From: Octopus bimaculoides
Taxonomy: Eukaryota
Direction: 5' to 3'
DNA: 36,383 bases
NCBI RefSeq assembly: GCF_001194135.2
Contig: NC_068983.1
Span: 147,129,209-147,165,591 of the forward strand
Numbering within the stretch: position 1 is the first letter of the stretch; each line of letters starts with the position of its first letter. The position numbers and the translations under genes are program-made. The notes under the pieces are model-generated. The model saw only the letters and a list, made by a program, of their open reading frames with translations. It made no database searches and was not told the DNA's origin. Below are positions 1 to 11,479 of this stretch, one piece after another.

Positions 1-242
1 AAACAATTCCTATCATAGTAGGTGCCTTAGGTATAATAAAAAAATATTCAGACAAATACATAACAAAAATAGCAGGACTTACAAATATATATAACATACA
101 GAAAATTGCACTACTGGGTACTGCACACATTCTATGCAAAACACTTTCAATACAGTAAACATAAGAGCACCACAGCACATACCCAAGGCGCACAGAGCTG
201 CGCTCGGTAGTGAAGTGAAAGCACGTTATAAAAATAAAACTA

Positions 243-273
<31 letters not shown>
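1..273 (+). mobile_element. 3' end of an R4/Dong-clade non-LTR retrotransposon (REL endonuclease C-terminus, 3'UTR, (TAA)n tail)
   Basis: Frame 3..158 reads TIPIIVGALG...IQKIALLGTAHILCKTLSIQ*, the typical C-terminus of R4/Dong/Rex6 ORFs. About 90 nt UTR, then (TAA)n at about 247-274. Confidence 0.8.
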
Positions 274-274
<1 letters not shown>

Positions 275-1676
275 CTAAAGCCATCCCCATTAGAAGAGGA
301 TTATTCCAGGAAGACACACTCTCTCCACTCCTGTTCTGCCTGGCACTCACACCTTTAACTGAATTGCTAAATAGACCTGGATGCGGATACAAATGTTATG
401 ACAAAACAATCAACCACCTTTTATATATGGATGATCTAAAACTATACGCTACAAATGATAAACAGCTGGAAACACTACTACAGACAGTACATGGATTTAC
501 CAAAGAAATAGATATGAAATTTGAATTAGAAAAATGTGCCAAAGCAACCCTGAAAAGAGGAAAACTAGTTAAGAGTAGCAACATCACACTAGATAAAGCC
601 AAAGAAATAAGAGAATTAGACCAAAGCCAGACATTCATATATTTAGGAGTCAATAAACTAGATAGAATACAACACACACAAATGAAAGAAAAAATAAAGA
701 AAGAGTACTATACACGAGTTAGATCAGTACTGAAAACAGAGCTCAATGCTAAAAACAAGATAATGGGTATTAACACTTTAGCTGTCCTGGTTATAAGTTA
801 CAGCTACAATATCCTTAACTGGACACTAAATGAACTAACCAAAATAGACAGGAAAACAAGAAAAATAATGACAGGCTATAGGATACACCACCCAAAATCT
901 GACATAGAAAGGTTATATATACAACGTACAGAAGGTGGTAGAGGCCTTATACAGCTGGAAAACTATTATAGAATAACCACCAAAGGACTGCAAAAATACC
1001 TACTTCAGAAGCAAGGAAAACTAATGCAAATAGCCACAAAACATGAGCAAAGCAAAAAACTGTTTTCAGTATTTAAGGAACCTGACAAGTACAAACAAGA
1101 AATCNNNNNNNNNNTGACCATGATAAAACGATGGCAAGAAAAGCCCCTACATGGTAAATACTGGGCTAAACTAAATGCAAAAGAAATAGACAGAGAAAAA
1201 TCCCAGCAATGGCTGAGAAGCTCAGGACTCAAAGCAGAGACTGAAGGATTTTTAATTGCACCCACCAGAAATTACCAAAAAGCATATAATGAAAAGAAAC
1301 ATAACAAGTAACTGTAGAATATGTGGCGATGAACAAGAAACAATAAATCATATTATATCAGGCTAAGAAGGAATATATTCACAGACACGACAGAGCTGGG
1401 ACCTACATACACTGGAAGCTATGCTAACACTATGGAATAACAACAGAAAAAAGATGGTATAAACACACGCCAGAAAAGGTCACAGAAAAGAAGAAAGCAA
1501 CCATACTCTGGGATATGCCAATACACACAGGTAGAGAAATTAAGGCAAATAGGCCAGATATAAAGATCATCATAAAGGATAAAAAATGCTTTCTAATTGA
1601 TGTATCAATACCAGCAGATGACAATGTTTCCCTAAAAGAAATGGAGAAACTTTCAAAATACAGAGACTTGGAAATA
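274..1676 (+). mobile_element. Degenerate R4/Dong-clade LINE fragment: RT domains 4-7, thumb, CCHC knuckle, REL endonuclease; truncated at both ends
   Basis: IRRGLFQEDTLSPLLFCLAL (QGD mutated), NHLLYMDDLKLYA, YLGV, EGGRGL, KPLHGKY. After a frameshift near 1280: CRICGDEQETINHII, HRHD, ILWD..IHT...RPD, IDVSIP...EKLSKYRDLEI. Stops and deletions present. Confidence 0.88.
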
Positions 1677-1905
1677 TGTGAAATATTTATTTAATGTTTT
1701 ATTAATCGTTTAGTAATATAGAAAGTGAGATTTGTTGAAGTATCCCCTACTGCAGTTATGACCCTAACAATATATGTTTGTAATTTTAATGTATTTTAGA
1801 ACATAGAAATGACAGAAATAGAAGAAATAGTGTTTAACACTGAGGTGGCTTTCCATCAATTTCGTTTGCTATTAAATCTTTTCTTTTTATTTGTTTATAT
1901 TAAAG

Positions 1906-2000
1906 GCATCATGAAGTCATATTTGAAGCTATCCAAGGAAAGGGTTTTGACAGTCACATTGCCCTTGATGATGTGACTATATCAGAAAATAGCTGTTCAA
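1906..2000 (+). CDS. MAM-array gene, exon encoding the C-terminal tail of an upstream MAM domain (MAM0): HHEVIFEAIQGKGFDSHIALDDVTISENSCS
   Basis: Pyrimidine tract + TAAAG acceptor, A|GTAAGG donor. Canonical MAM C-terminal motif F-x-A-x2-G-x6-I-A-L-D-D-V...C. Phase 2 in, phase 1 out, joins in frame to 3334. Missed by the ORF track. Confidence 0.88.
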
Positions 2001-3333
2001 GTAAGGGCAAAATATACCATAACATATTATTAACAATTAGCTTTAGTAATTATGTTTAGGTGAGCATGTATGTTTACATGCATATCTGCTGCCTGTATGT
2101 GAAAGAGAGGGAAGTAGTGTGTGTGCACATGTACACAAGTTTACTCCATTCCAAATAGATTTATATTTTTGATGGCAACATTCATCTTACTCAGTAACAG
2201 GATAAGAAGAATAATGAAATGAAAGCTTGAACAATGTTCTCATCAGTTCCCTTTTTCTATGCTTCCAAATTTTAAAATTTCATAGATTATTTTACTAACA
2301 TATATTGTATCCTACACACTGGTTCATAAATGTTTGGAAACTATGGCTTGTATTCTATAGAAGCCAATAAGAGAGCCTCTATGTGGTTACTGGACTTACT
2401 ACAAACAGCAACCAAATCTCTTTCAAATCATATTCTCCTCTCTTGAGAAAAAAATGAACATACTGGATAATGTGGTTCTATGTATTCCTAATAATATNNN
2501 NNNNNNNNNNNNNNNNNNNNNNNNNNNNNNNNNNNNNNNNNNNNNNNNNNNNNNNNNNNNNNNNNNNNNNNNNNNNNNNNNNNNNNNNNNNNNNNNNNNN
2601 NNNNNNNNNNNNNNNNNNNNNNNNNNNNNNNNNNNNNNNNNNNNNNNNNNNNNNNNNNNNNNNNNNNNNNNNNNNNNNNNNNNNNNNNNNNNNNNNNNNN
2701 NNNNNNNNNNNNNNNNNNNNNNNNNNNNNNNNNNNNNNNNNNNNNNNNNNNNNNNNNNNNNNNNNNNNNNNNNNNNNNNNNNNNNNNNNNNNNNNNNNNN
2801 NNNNNNNNNNNNNNNNNNNNNNNNNNNNNNNNNNNNTAACATGTGTGAATAACACAAGACTGTCAAAAATATTTTACTCAGAGTTTTGCTTTGGTTAAAG
2901 ATATGTTTGTGGTCCTCTGAAAATATGCAGTGATTGCTCCTATATGAACTGAACAAAGTGTTTGATAGACTCAAACAATTGTGAAATTCTGGATTTGTAT
3001 TATATCATTTAGAGATAAACTCAAAGTGGTTCTAAGAACTTTGAGGCAACACTCAAACCTCAAGCCATTAACTCTGTACAAAACAAATAAAAACAACCAG
3101 CAGTGAGCTACAAGTCCATTTAACTGCCCACAGTGTCTAGTGTCATTATAGTATGTCTCTGGTAACTGGATGAATTAACCAACCTTACAATCCTTTGGCT
3201 ATATTTTGTTCAAGAAAGGAACTTTTTGGTAAAATATTGTGAAAAAATGTGCTTTAGAATATGAGTTGTTGATTTGTTGAACACTTACTTGAAAACAATT
3301 AAATTTCTTTAACCAATCATTTTGCATTAACAG

Positions 3334-3459
3334 GTCACTGGAATGCTAGCTGCAATTTTGAGAGAGACACTTGCAATTATAATATTGAAAATAGCAAAGA
3401 TATACGCAGCGGTTGGAGACTTCGCACAAATAAGGCAAATGAAATTTCTTCTAGTTCTG
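3334..3459 (+). CDS. MAM1 N-half exon: SHWNASCNFERDTCNYNIENSKDIRSGWRLRTNKANEISSSS(G)
   Basis: TAACAG acceptor, G|GTAATT donor, 126 nt phase 1-1. C-x-F-E-x3-C and W motif typical of a MAM start. Confidence 0.88.
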
Positions 3460-5570
3460 GTAATTGTTTTTGTTCATTTTATTATTATTTCAAGTAAAAT
3501 GATTTAAAATATTGACATTTCAAATATTAAAGATGATGGGGCATTTCTTTTCCTGAAACTACAAGTAACTTTTGGATTCACCTAGCAGTACAACATTGTA
3601 AGTATGTAAGTTGTAAGTATTACAAGCACAGCACATATGTATGCCTCAGTCAAACCCATTGAGTGGGGCATATTTGTTATATCTGTGACAGGTATCTGCT
3701 GAAAATGAACATTATAATGAAATGGTACTCATACCTGACAAGCATAATCACATGAGAGCTTCTTTACAAATGCAGTATTTATTCCATCTATCTGCAACCA
3801 GAGTTCAAATGCTAAGACCCATAATGTTAAATATCTACCATACATGGGAAGGCACTGCTGTTACACACAATTATTCAATCAATTACATTCAGTCCAAAGA
3901 TGCACTGTTTTCTCACTCTAGCTCTTCTGCCACTACTATAAAAGTCTCTGCTCTTCAAAACTAGCATGTTATTTATGAACTCTACTTACATCCACTCATC
4001 TTATTCCTTCTCTGAACACTCAGTAATGAGAGAACAGATGAATGTATGTTACTTCTCTGACTGCACTAACCCCTTTGCCCAGTTCTGCCTCCTTACCAAA
4101 ATTATATGATACATTCATACATTGTAATTTTTACATTTATCATAAAATAAAATTTATCTTAGTTTTAAACTATTAAAATAAATATAAAGAATCTCTTAGC
4201 TAAAGTGTTTTTCTTTTTTGAGGCCTATATGAGGTCATCTTTAATGAAATGATAAAAAATTCATAATCATGAATGTTTAAGCAGCTGGATCTCTACACTG
4301 CAAACACCATTGCAATTATTATGTTATATTCTTGCACTGAATAGTATATTTTTTTTCTGAAAGGAAGATATTACATCACAGTCAGAAATGAGAATTAATT
4401 CAGAACTCAGTACCCTCCCTAATTTATTGAAGCAAAAAGTCAAATATTTAAATATATATATATATATATATATATATGAATAATTGGCTTAAATAAATAA
4501 AATGCAATTGCTATTATTTGATGATATTTCTCTTTTATTCATATTATATCCATATTATTAAAAAAACAACATCCTTCTTTTTGCACCATCATATCAACAG
4601 ATAACCCCTGATGATTTCTGTAACAAATGCTCGCCCATATAAACAGTTTGGAAAATTGTCATCAGATGGAGTATAGGTTGATTACCTATCCCTATCCATT
4701 GTTTCACATCATCAGTGCAATGCTGCCACAAGTTGCCAAGTATTATGAAGCAGGCAAATATATTCAGAGTATGCTAATTTCTGCTTATGTATAGTACTTA
4801 ATGACCTGAAAGAATTGTCTTCTTGCTTCAGGATATATGCTTCAGGATATATGCTTCAGTCTTGTGGGTCTCCATGATATCCACAACATATGGCACTTTT
4901 CTGCAACTTGAAGAGGGATACTTTTCACCATTGCTCAACATTTAACAGACATGTCTCATCTTTCTTCACAGCCACTAACAAGAACAATGTCTTTACTACA
5001 AGCATCAACTACTACATGAATATGAAACAGGCCGAAAATTAGTAACAGCAATCTTTTAGTGTCCAGGGCTCCCAAATTAACTCTCTACTCAGTTTGATGA
5101 TGGTAGAGATCATCATCCACAGGAACTTGCTCTGCAAGGTGGAATGATCCTTTCAGCACAACTCCCTTGCCATTTTTTATGATAATGCATTTGCCATTTG
5201 GTCTATAAGGACTTACTGTAATATATTTCACAATAAACCATAAAAGTATAATGGAGAGATACAAGTGAACTAAATCAACTCCAGGAGATGAAAAACTAAG
5301 TATGCTATGATATCATTTGAATTTGGAACATATAAAATACTACAGAATATTCAACTCTGTTAATTAGAAGTGAATGAGGGGAATCTAATTAGTTGAGCAT
5401 TGACCAGATAACAGTTAAACTTATGTTATTATAGATATTTTTCTTATAGAAAACTTTTTGTCTACTTAAATATTACTCAATTTATAATTTATTTGTATCT
5501 TAGCAAATAACATGTATTAGCATTAAATATTAAAGGAAATAATCAAAAAACCTTTTTTACTGTTTTATAG

Positions 5571-5915
5571 GAAATTACCTGCAATTTAATTCGTACAACA
5601 CAAGGATGAGACACTCTATAAGCTCACCTATGATTGATATTCCAAATGAAAAGATCAAACTTGAATTTCTCTATTACATGCCTGGGACTGGAACTAAGTC
5701 ACTACAAGTAAGATTTGAGGAAGAAGGACTTAAATCATGGTTTACCAAAACACCATATTTATGGCAAGATTCTGGAGACCGTGGAACTGAGTGGCAGTAT
5801 GGTTGTATGGATTTACCCAGTAAAAGTGGAAGAATTGTATTCACTGGTTTTGCTAGAGATAGATATTCAAAAATCGGTCTTGATGATTTACTTGTTGATA
5901 AAGGCTACTGTCGAA
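5571..5915 (+). CDS. MAM1 C-half exon: GNYLQFNSY...SSPMIDIPNEKIKLEFLYYMPG...LWQDSGDRGTEWQYGCMDL...IVFTG...IGLDDLLVDKGYCR
   Basis: TTTTATAG acceptor, A|GTAAGT donor, 345 nt phase 1-1. MAM motifs L-x-F-x-Y-x-M-x-G, W-x3-G-x2-G-x2-W, LDD...C. Overlaps ORF 5606-5923. Confidence 0.92.
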
Positions 5916-7440
5916 GTAAGTAGAATTGTTTTACTCTCTTTGCAAGTGCTGAATGGATTTTGTGGCTTTACTTTCTTTAAGTGTTTTAATTCTGTTTCAT
6001 CTTTTTTATTAGAAACTTTATTTCTTAAATTTTAATTAAATTAGATTACTTTTAGTTTTGCTTTCTAAATTACATCTGCTTTCACAGTTGGAAAGTCTTT
6101 GATTTCAGATCTGGTCAAACATTTTATATTAAAGCTGTTCTGTAATTTGAAAAGGTATAAAATATTAGTTGAATAAATGCAGAAAACTATGTGCATGTTA
6201 TCTTTTCACCGTTTTTCTGATGGAAACAGAATGTCAACTTACTTCCCTTTTACTATGTAAGTGTTACATAACAACGCAAGATTATATATATCATAGGTAT
6301 TGTGAATTGACTGAAACTTAATCTAAGTCTATAAGTATTTATTAGCATCTGTCAAGTGTTTGTAGAGAATGAACACATGATTAAGTTTATATTCTTTTGA
6401 ACATTTCCCACTACATCTGTGTGTTAGTATCATGTGACAGTATATTTTGCACCTAAACATGTTCACTCAACTGTGTTGGCCTTCTTTTTGGCTTTGTTAA
6501 ATAAAGATTATGACATTCTTGTATTTTACATGGTTATTAGTAATGCAAGTGAAATAAAATAATTATAAAAGTTGTATCCAAAATCAGGATGCAGTTCTAG
6601 CTCATGAATAGTAGATTAAACAAAGGATATATTGAGTAAAACAAAAAACGAACCAACCAAAAATGATGAGATAAAGATGTCTCATTTTGAAGGCAGCATT
6701 TCAATATTAAATGTTTAAAAGTAGTGATGGTGGGGTGGCAGCAGCGGCAGTGGTGGTGGTGATTGTTATTGTCTGCAGATATTTAATATGTACACATAGA
6801 TTTCCTATCCAATTTCATTTAAATTGCTGTTTCTGTTGCTTAGCTCTTAGTTAAGCTTAGCCAATTAGACTTATGATTAAGATGTTCAAGTGGTAGCAAT
6901 TCCAACGTTTATTAAGACACAGTGTATGCAGAATAACATTATTCAAAATGTCTATTTTTGAAGATAAATAGTGTACTATTCTGGCAGGATGAGCAGCCAT
7001 GTAGAGGATCTCTCATTAGTTCACAATTGTTCTCTCTGATGTTGACTTTGTCTTTATCTCTTCACTATCATTAAAATAAGTGCCAGTCAGATATTGGACT
7101 TTACCTAATTGATATTCCTAGCTCCAGAATTTGTTGTCTTCTCCCTAAATTAAAAACCTTAGTTTTGTTATTTGAACAACTAATACCTTCATTTCATTTT
7201 GAGAACATGCATCTCTTTAACATCACAATTGTCATATGTATCATTTATTTGTTTTGGGTTCTTTGATATGAATACATGATATTGTTTTTTCAAACACACA
7301 GTAAGAAAATTTTAGGGAAAGAACAGTAATGTTTTTGAAAAATATTGCACATTGTTTCCTTATCATCATCATTGTTGCCGTTGTCATCATCATGGCTATT
7401 GTTGTTGGTAGTGGTGGTGGCAGCAGTGATGGTAGTGGCA

Positions 7441-7575
7441 TCATCATCATCATCATCATCATCATTTAATATTCAATTTTTCATACTGGCATGGGTTGGA
7501 TAGTTTGACAGGAGCTGGTAAGTCAGAAGACAGTGCCAAGCTCTGTCTGTTTTGGCATGGTCTCCGTTGCTGGAT
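7441..7575 (-). repeat. Old diverged copy of the RTE 3'UTR repeat
   Basis: (CAT)n TTAATATTCAATTTTTCATACTGGCATGGGTTGGATAGTTTGACAGGAGCTGG. Confidence 0.6.
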
Positions 7576-7837
7576 GTCTCTGTTGCTGAATGTAAGGGGT
7601 GCATTCCTGTGACTCTACTACACTTCTTATGTGTTCATAGCTTGGACAGGGTTCTCCATATAGAATTTGTATGTATGTATGTGTGCAGGCTTATCCCTGT
7701 GGTTACTTTGTTTAAGCTAAATATTACTGCTAGATTCTTCCTAATCTTGAAACCACTGGCACCATCCTGTATGCACTGTAAAAATTAGGTGTAGGTGCGA
7801 CTGCATTGTAAGAAGCTTGCTTCCTAACCACATGTGG

Positions 7838-8393
7838 GTGTGACGACCTTCTTTAGCTTGGAGTGCCTGTGTTTCTCCTTTCCCTACCCACTGTCTTTGA
7901 CACTTGACATTTTTATAGAGAACCCATTTCTCATCACCAATCACTATTCAGTCCAAAAAGGTTTATTTGTGAGATGTGACAGCAAAGAAGAGCACGCATT
8001 CATATTCTACATGTGATTAGACTTGGAAAATTTGCAAGTAACCTATTGACCCAATTTGCTGACTTTTCGGATGGCAAGAAGGTTTCATTGAATGTTTGAA
8101 TGACCAAATCCAAACTTCTCTGCTAATTCCTGAACAGTTACAATGGGATTTTGTTCCACCAGGGTTTGTAGGATATCTTTGTCAGGCTCTACAGATTTTC
8201 TAGGACAAGAGATGTCTTCTAGGCTATAGTTTCTGGCTCAGAATTTCTGGAACCACCATTGACACTAGCTTGCACTTATTGTCTAATCCCCATATACTGC
8301 ATTAATATACCTTACACTTTCCATTGCATTGTTGCCTTTATTGAACTCATAAAGCAAAATATATTGAACATGATCCTTTGTCACTTCCATCAT
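7838..8393 (-). mobile_element. Mariner (DD34D-family) transposase pseudogene, N-terminal half
   Basis: Minus strand reads MEVTKDHVQYILLYEFNKGNNA...WWFQKF*ARNYSLED, LVEQNPIVTVQELAEKFG, KVSKLGQ*V, FLD*IVIGDEKWVLYKNVKCQRQW. This covers the HTH region, a decayed WVPHEL and the first catalytic Asp. Several stops and a frameshift. Confidence 0.85.
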
Positions 8394-8586
8394 AGCTGTG
8401 AAAAAATACCTGTTAAAATCGAACTGCACTCTTCAAAACTTGCTCTAAGAATAAGTACAAGGTAAAATTACTACCTGTTTTTATAGCAAGTTGATGAAGA
8501 TAGTTTATCCTGTCTCTCTCTGACTTTTAGTTCATGCAATTGAAAAAATCCACATTAAGTATGGGATGACCCAATGTCATCATTGT

Positions 8587-8915
8587 CACTATAATTATCA
8601 TCATTATCATCATCGTTTAACATCCATCTTCCATGTTAGCATGGGTGGGACAGTACTACAAGAGCCAGCCAGGCTGAAGCCTGCACCAGACTTCTGTGAC
8701 AGTTTGGGCAGGATTTTTACAGCTGGATGCCCTTCTTAACACCAACCACTCAGCAGAGTGGACTTAATGCTTTTTATGTGGCACAAGCACAAGCGAGGTC
8801 AGTTTTGTAAAGGTTTTTACTGCTGGATGCTCTTCTTAACACCAACCACTTTACAGTGTGGACTAGGTGCTTTTAAGTGGCACCTGCACTGACAGGGTCA
8901 CCAAGTACTTGTATG
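8587..8915 (-). repeat. Older copy of the RTE 3'UTR repeat with an internal duplicated block
   Basis: CATCGTTTAACATCCATCTTCCATG...; TTTTACAGCTGGATGCCCTTCTTAACACCAACCACT recurs at about 8715 and 8815. Confidence 0.7.
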
Positions 8916-9103
8916 ACAAAAACTTTTAAGAAGGAAGGACGCATTGGTGGAGGTGATGATGAAAACGCTATTGTGAGACAGATACTGGTGTCTTGTTGTA
9001 GAGGAAGTACAAGGTTACTCAGCCAGAGAGAGAAAGATCAGGAATGAAGAGAGAAACAGGTGTGCTACTGCAAAGAAAACTGAGGGAAATAAATATATAT
9101 ATA

Positions 9104-9106
9104 TGT

Positions 9107-9160
<54 letters not shown>
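9104..9160 (+). repeat. (GT)n microsatellite running into a gap
   Basis: Directly visible. Confidence 0.95.
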
Positions 9161-9736
9161 NNNNNNNNNNNNNNNNNNNNNNNNNNNNNNNNNNNNNNNN
9201 NNNNNNNNNNNNNNNNNNNNNNNNNNNNNNNNNNNNNNNNNNNNNNNNNNNNNNNNNNNNNNNNNNNNNNNNNNNNNNNNNNNNNNNNNNNNNNNNNNNN
9301 NNNNNNNNNNNNNNNNNNNNNNNNNNNNNNNNNNNNNNNNNNNNNNNNNNNNNNNNNNNNNNNNNNNNNNNNNNNNNNNNNNNNNNNNNNNNNNNNNNNN
9401 NNNNNNNNNNNNNNNNNNNNNNNNNNNNNNNNNNNNNNNNNNNNNNNNNNNNNNNNNNNNNNNNNNNNNNNNNNNNNNNNNNNNNNNNNNNNNNNNNNNN
9501 NNNNNNNNNNNNNNNNNNNNNNNNNNNNNNNNNNNNNNNNNNNNNNNNNNNNNNNNNNNNNNNNNNNNNNNNNNNNNNNNNNNNNNNNNNNNNNNNNNNN
9601 NNNNNNNNNNNNNNNNNNNNNNNNNNNNNNNNNNNNNNNNNNNNNNNNNNNNNNNNNNNNNNNNNNNNNNNNNNNNNNNNNNNNNNNNNNNNNNNNNNNN
9701 NNNNNNNNNNNNNNNNNNNNNNNNNNNNNNNNNNNN

Positions 9737-9935
9737 TTATGTGCCACCCGCACAAGCCAGTCCAGGGGCACTGGCAACGATCTCGCTCGAAAATCATACG
9801 GAGGCCAGTCAGGCGGTACTGGCAACGGCCACGCTCAAAATGGTGCATCTTATGTGCCACCCACACAAGAGCCAGTCCAGGGGCACTGGCAACGATCTTA
9901 CTTGGCTTGCCGGGTCTTCTCATGCACAGCACATT
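9737..9935 (-). repeat. Internal tandem subrepeats of the RTE 3'UTR adjoining a gap
   Basis: ATGTGCCACC.CACAAG..CCAGTCCAGGGGCACTGGCAACGATCT occurs twice and matches 31900-32030. Confidence 0.7.
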
Positions 9936-10059
9936 TCCAAATATATATGTTTTTAGAAAAGTCATTTATGGAAAAGTCAATTCAAGTTATTTTGTATAAT
10001 GTGAAATAAAATATTTTGTAGAATGTGAAATAAATTATCTTTAAAATAAAAGTTTCAGT

Positions 10060-10265
10060 TACTCTTTTACTTGTTTCAGTCATTTGACTGCGGCCATGCT
10101 AGAGCACCGCCTGTAGTCGAGCAAATCGACCCCAAGACTTATTCTTTGTAAGCCTAGTACTTATTCTATCGGTCTCTTTTGCTGAACCGCTAAGTTACGG
10201 GGGACATGAACACACCAGCATTGGTTGTCAAGCGATGTTGTGCTGGGGGTGGGGGGCAAACACAG
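10060..10265 (-). mobile_element. SINE-like repeat, 3' part, antisense
   Basis: TACTCTTTTACTTGTTTCAGTCATTTGACTGCGGCCATGCT...; a reverse-complement homolog lies at 22425-22602. Confidence 0.75.
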
Positions 10266-10327
10266 ATACACAAACACACGTGGCCGTTGCCAGTACCGCC
10301 TGACTGGCTCCTGTAGGNNNNNNNNNN

Positions 10328-10411
10328 GCCCTAGGTGCAACGCAGCAGGACTGAACCTGGAACCATGTGGTTGGTAAGCAAGCTACTTACCACACAGCCA
10401 CTCCTGTACCT
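10328..10411 (-). mobile_element. 5' part of the same SINE family as 29590, antisense
   Basis: Reverse complement of the 29590 head (GGAACCATGTGGTTGGTAAGCAAGCTACTTACCACACAGCCACTCCT). Confidence 0.8.
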
Positions 10412-10740
10412 ATATGATATTTTTAAAAATTACTTTGCGAAGACAAATGAAATTTCAATAATTTCAGTTAGATAGTACCTAATGTAGCATCTATTTTCAT
10501 GAAAATGAAAATAAAGGTAAAGTTAATGAGTTGCTAATTCTTTCAAAAATATAGTAAATGTAGGATTTTAAATGGGCATACAAGCAGCAAAATCGGTATA
10601 GCAAATGATTAACTCTCTTAAAGTCTTCATTTACATCTCTCTTCATTTCAGTTCAAATTAAATCTGATAAAAGATCATATTTCCTCTCTCTGGCATCAAG
10701 AAAATGAGTAACATTCCAACTTTCAAATTTGTAATCTACC

Positions 10741-10838
10741 AACGTTATTTACATTATTTACATTTGACAGATATTTGTCCTTATCTTGTTTGTTGTTAAC
10801 ACCATGTTTCGGCTGATATGCCCTCCAGCTTTCATCAT
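10741..10838 (-). ncRNA. Truncated, mutated minimal hammerhead-ribozyme-like repeat (Penelope pLTR type), probably inactive
   Basis: Minus strand: a-TGATGA-A-AGCTG-gagggcatat-CAGCC-GAAAC-ATG-GTGT. The core and stem II are recognisable. C3, the cleavage triplet and the 5' stem-I strand are lost. Confidence 0.55.
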
Positions 10839-10871
10839 ACCAATGTATATCGTTATTGTTTTATATTTTAG

Positions 10872-11030
10872 CTGGGATCACAAATCATGTATGCACATTT
10901 GATAATCCACTGCTCTGTCAATATGAAATTAGCTGTATGAACCCTAATGAATATATATGGAAGAGGAGGAAGGGAGCAACTCCATCAAGTAAAACTGGGC
11001 CTAGCACTGATAATTCAAGAAAAACCAATG
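10872..11030 (+). CDS. MAM2 N-half exon: TGITNHVCTFDNPLLCQYEISCMNPNEYIWKRRKGATPSSKTGPSTDNSRKTN(G)
   Basis: TTTTAG acceptor, G|GTAAGT donor, 159 nt phase 1-1. C-x-F-D...C, W-x-R-x2-G-x-T-P-S-x2-T-G-P-x2-D MAM signature. Confidence 0.93.
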
Positions 11031-11094
11031 GTAAGTTTAATTTATTTATTTTGTTTTACTATGCACAATATTTATGTCCAAATATATTTCATGT

Positions 11095-11131
<37 letters not shown>

Positions 11132-11297
11132 CATATGGATACAGGAACTGGCATTAAAAGTAGAGCTGGTACAGAAACAATTGTAAATGTTCATTAAAGA
11201 TGTGTTAAAGTCTTTCTTTGTCTTCTTATTTGGATTATATATATATATATNNNNNNNNNNNNNNNNNNNNNNNNNNNNNNNNNNNNNNGAGAGAGAG

Positions 11298-11298
<1 letters not shown>

Positions 11299-11357
<59 letters not shown>
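11299..11357 (+). repeat. (AGAT)n microsatellite preceded by (GA)n
   Basis: Directly visible. Confidence 0.95.
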
Positions 11358-11359
<2 letters not shown>

Positions 11360-11479
11360 AACTTACTTGGAAATGGTTGCGTGACATTCAATCATATAAT
11401 AATATAAATAATATATATATGCATATATGTTATTTATATTTCATATATATAGGTGTGTGTGTGTGAGTGTGTGTGTGTG

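Noticed and set aside
364-1311. 315-aa ORF as a host gene or active reverse transcriptase
   Set aside because: It is part of a truncated LINE with QGD mutated to QED, a downstream frameshift and stops.
4823-4858. Short local tandem duplications (14 bp here; others near 15436, 18815, 26600 and 33015)
   Set aside because: Ordinary slippage duplications with no further structure.
5947-6035. CGFTFFKC motif resembling a MAM N-half just after the exon ending at 5915
   Set aside because: It would need an intron of about 31 nt, has no donor or Trp motif, and lies in T-rich intron sequence; chance match.
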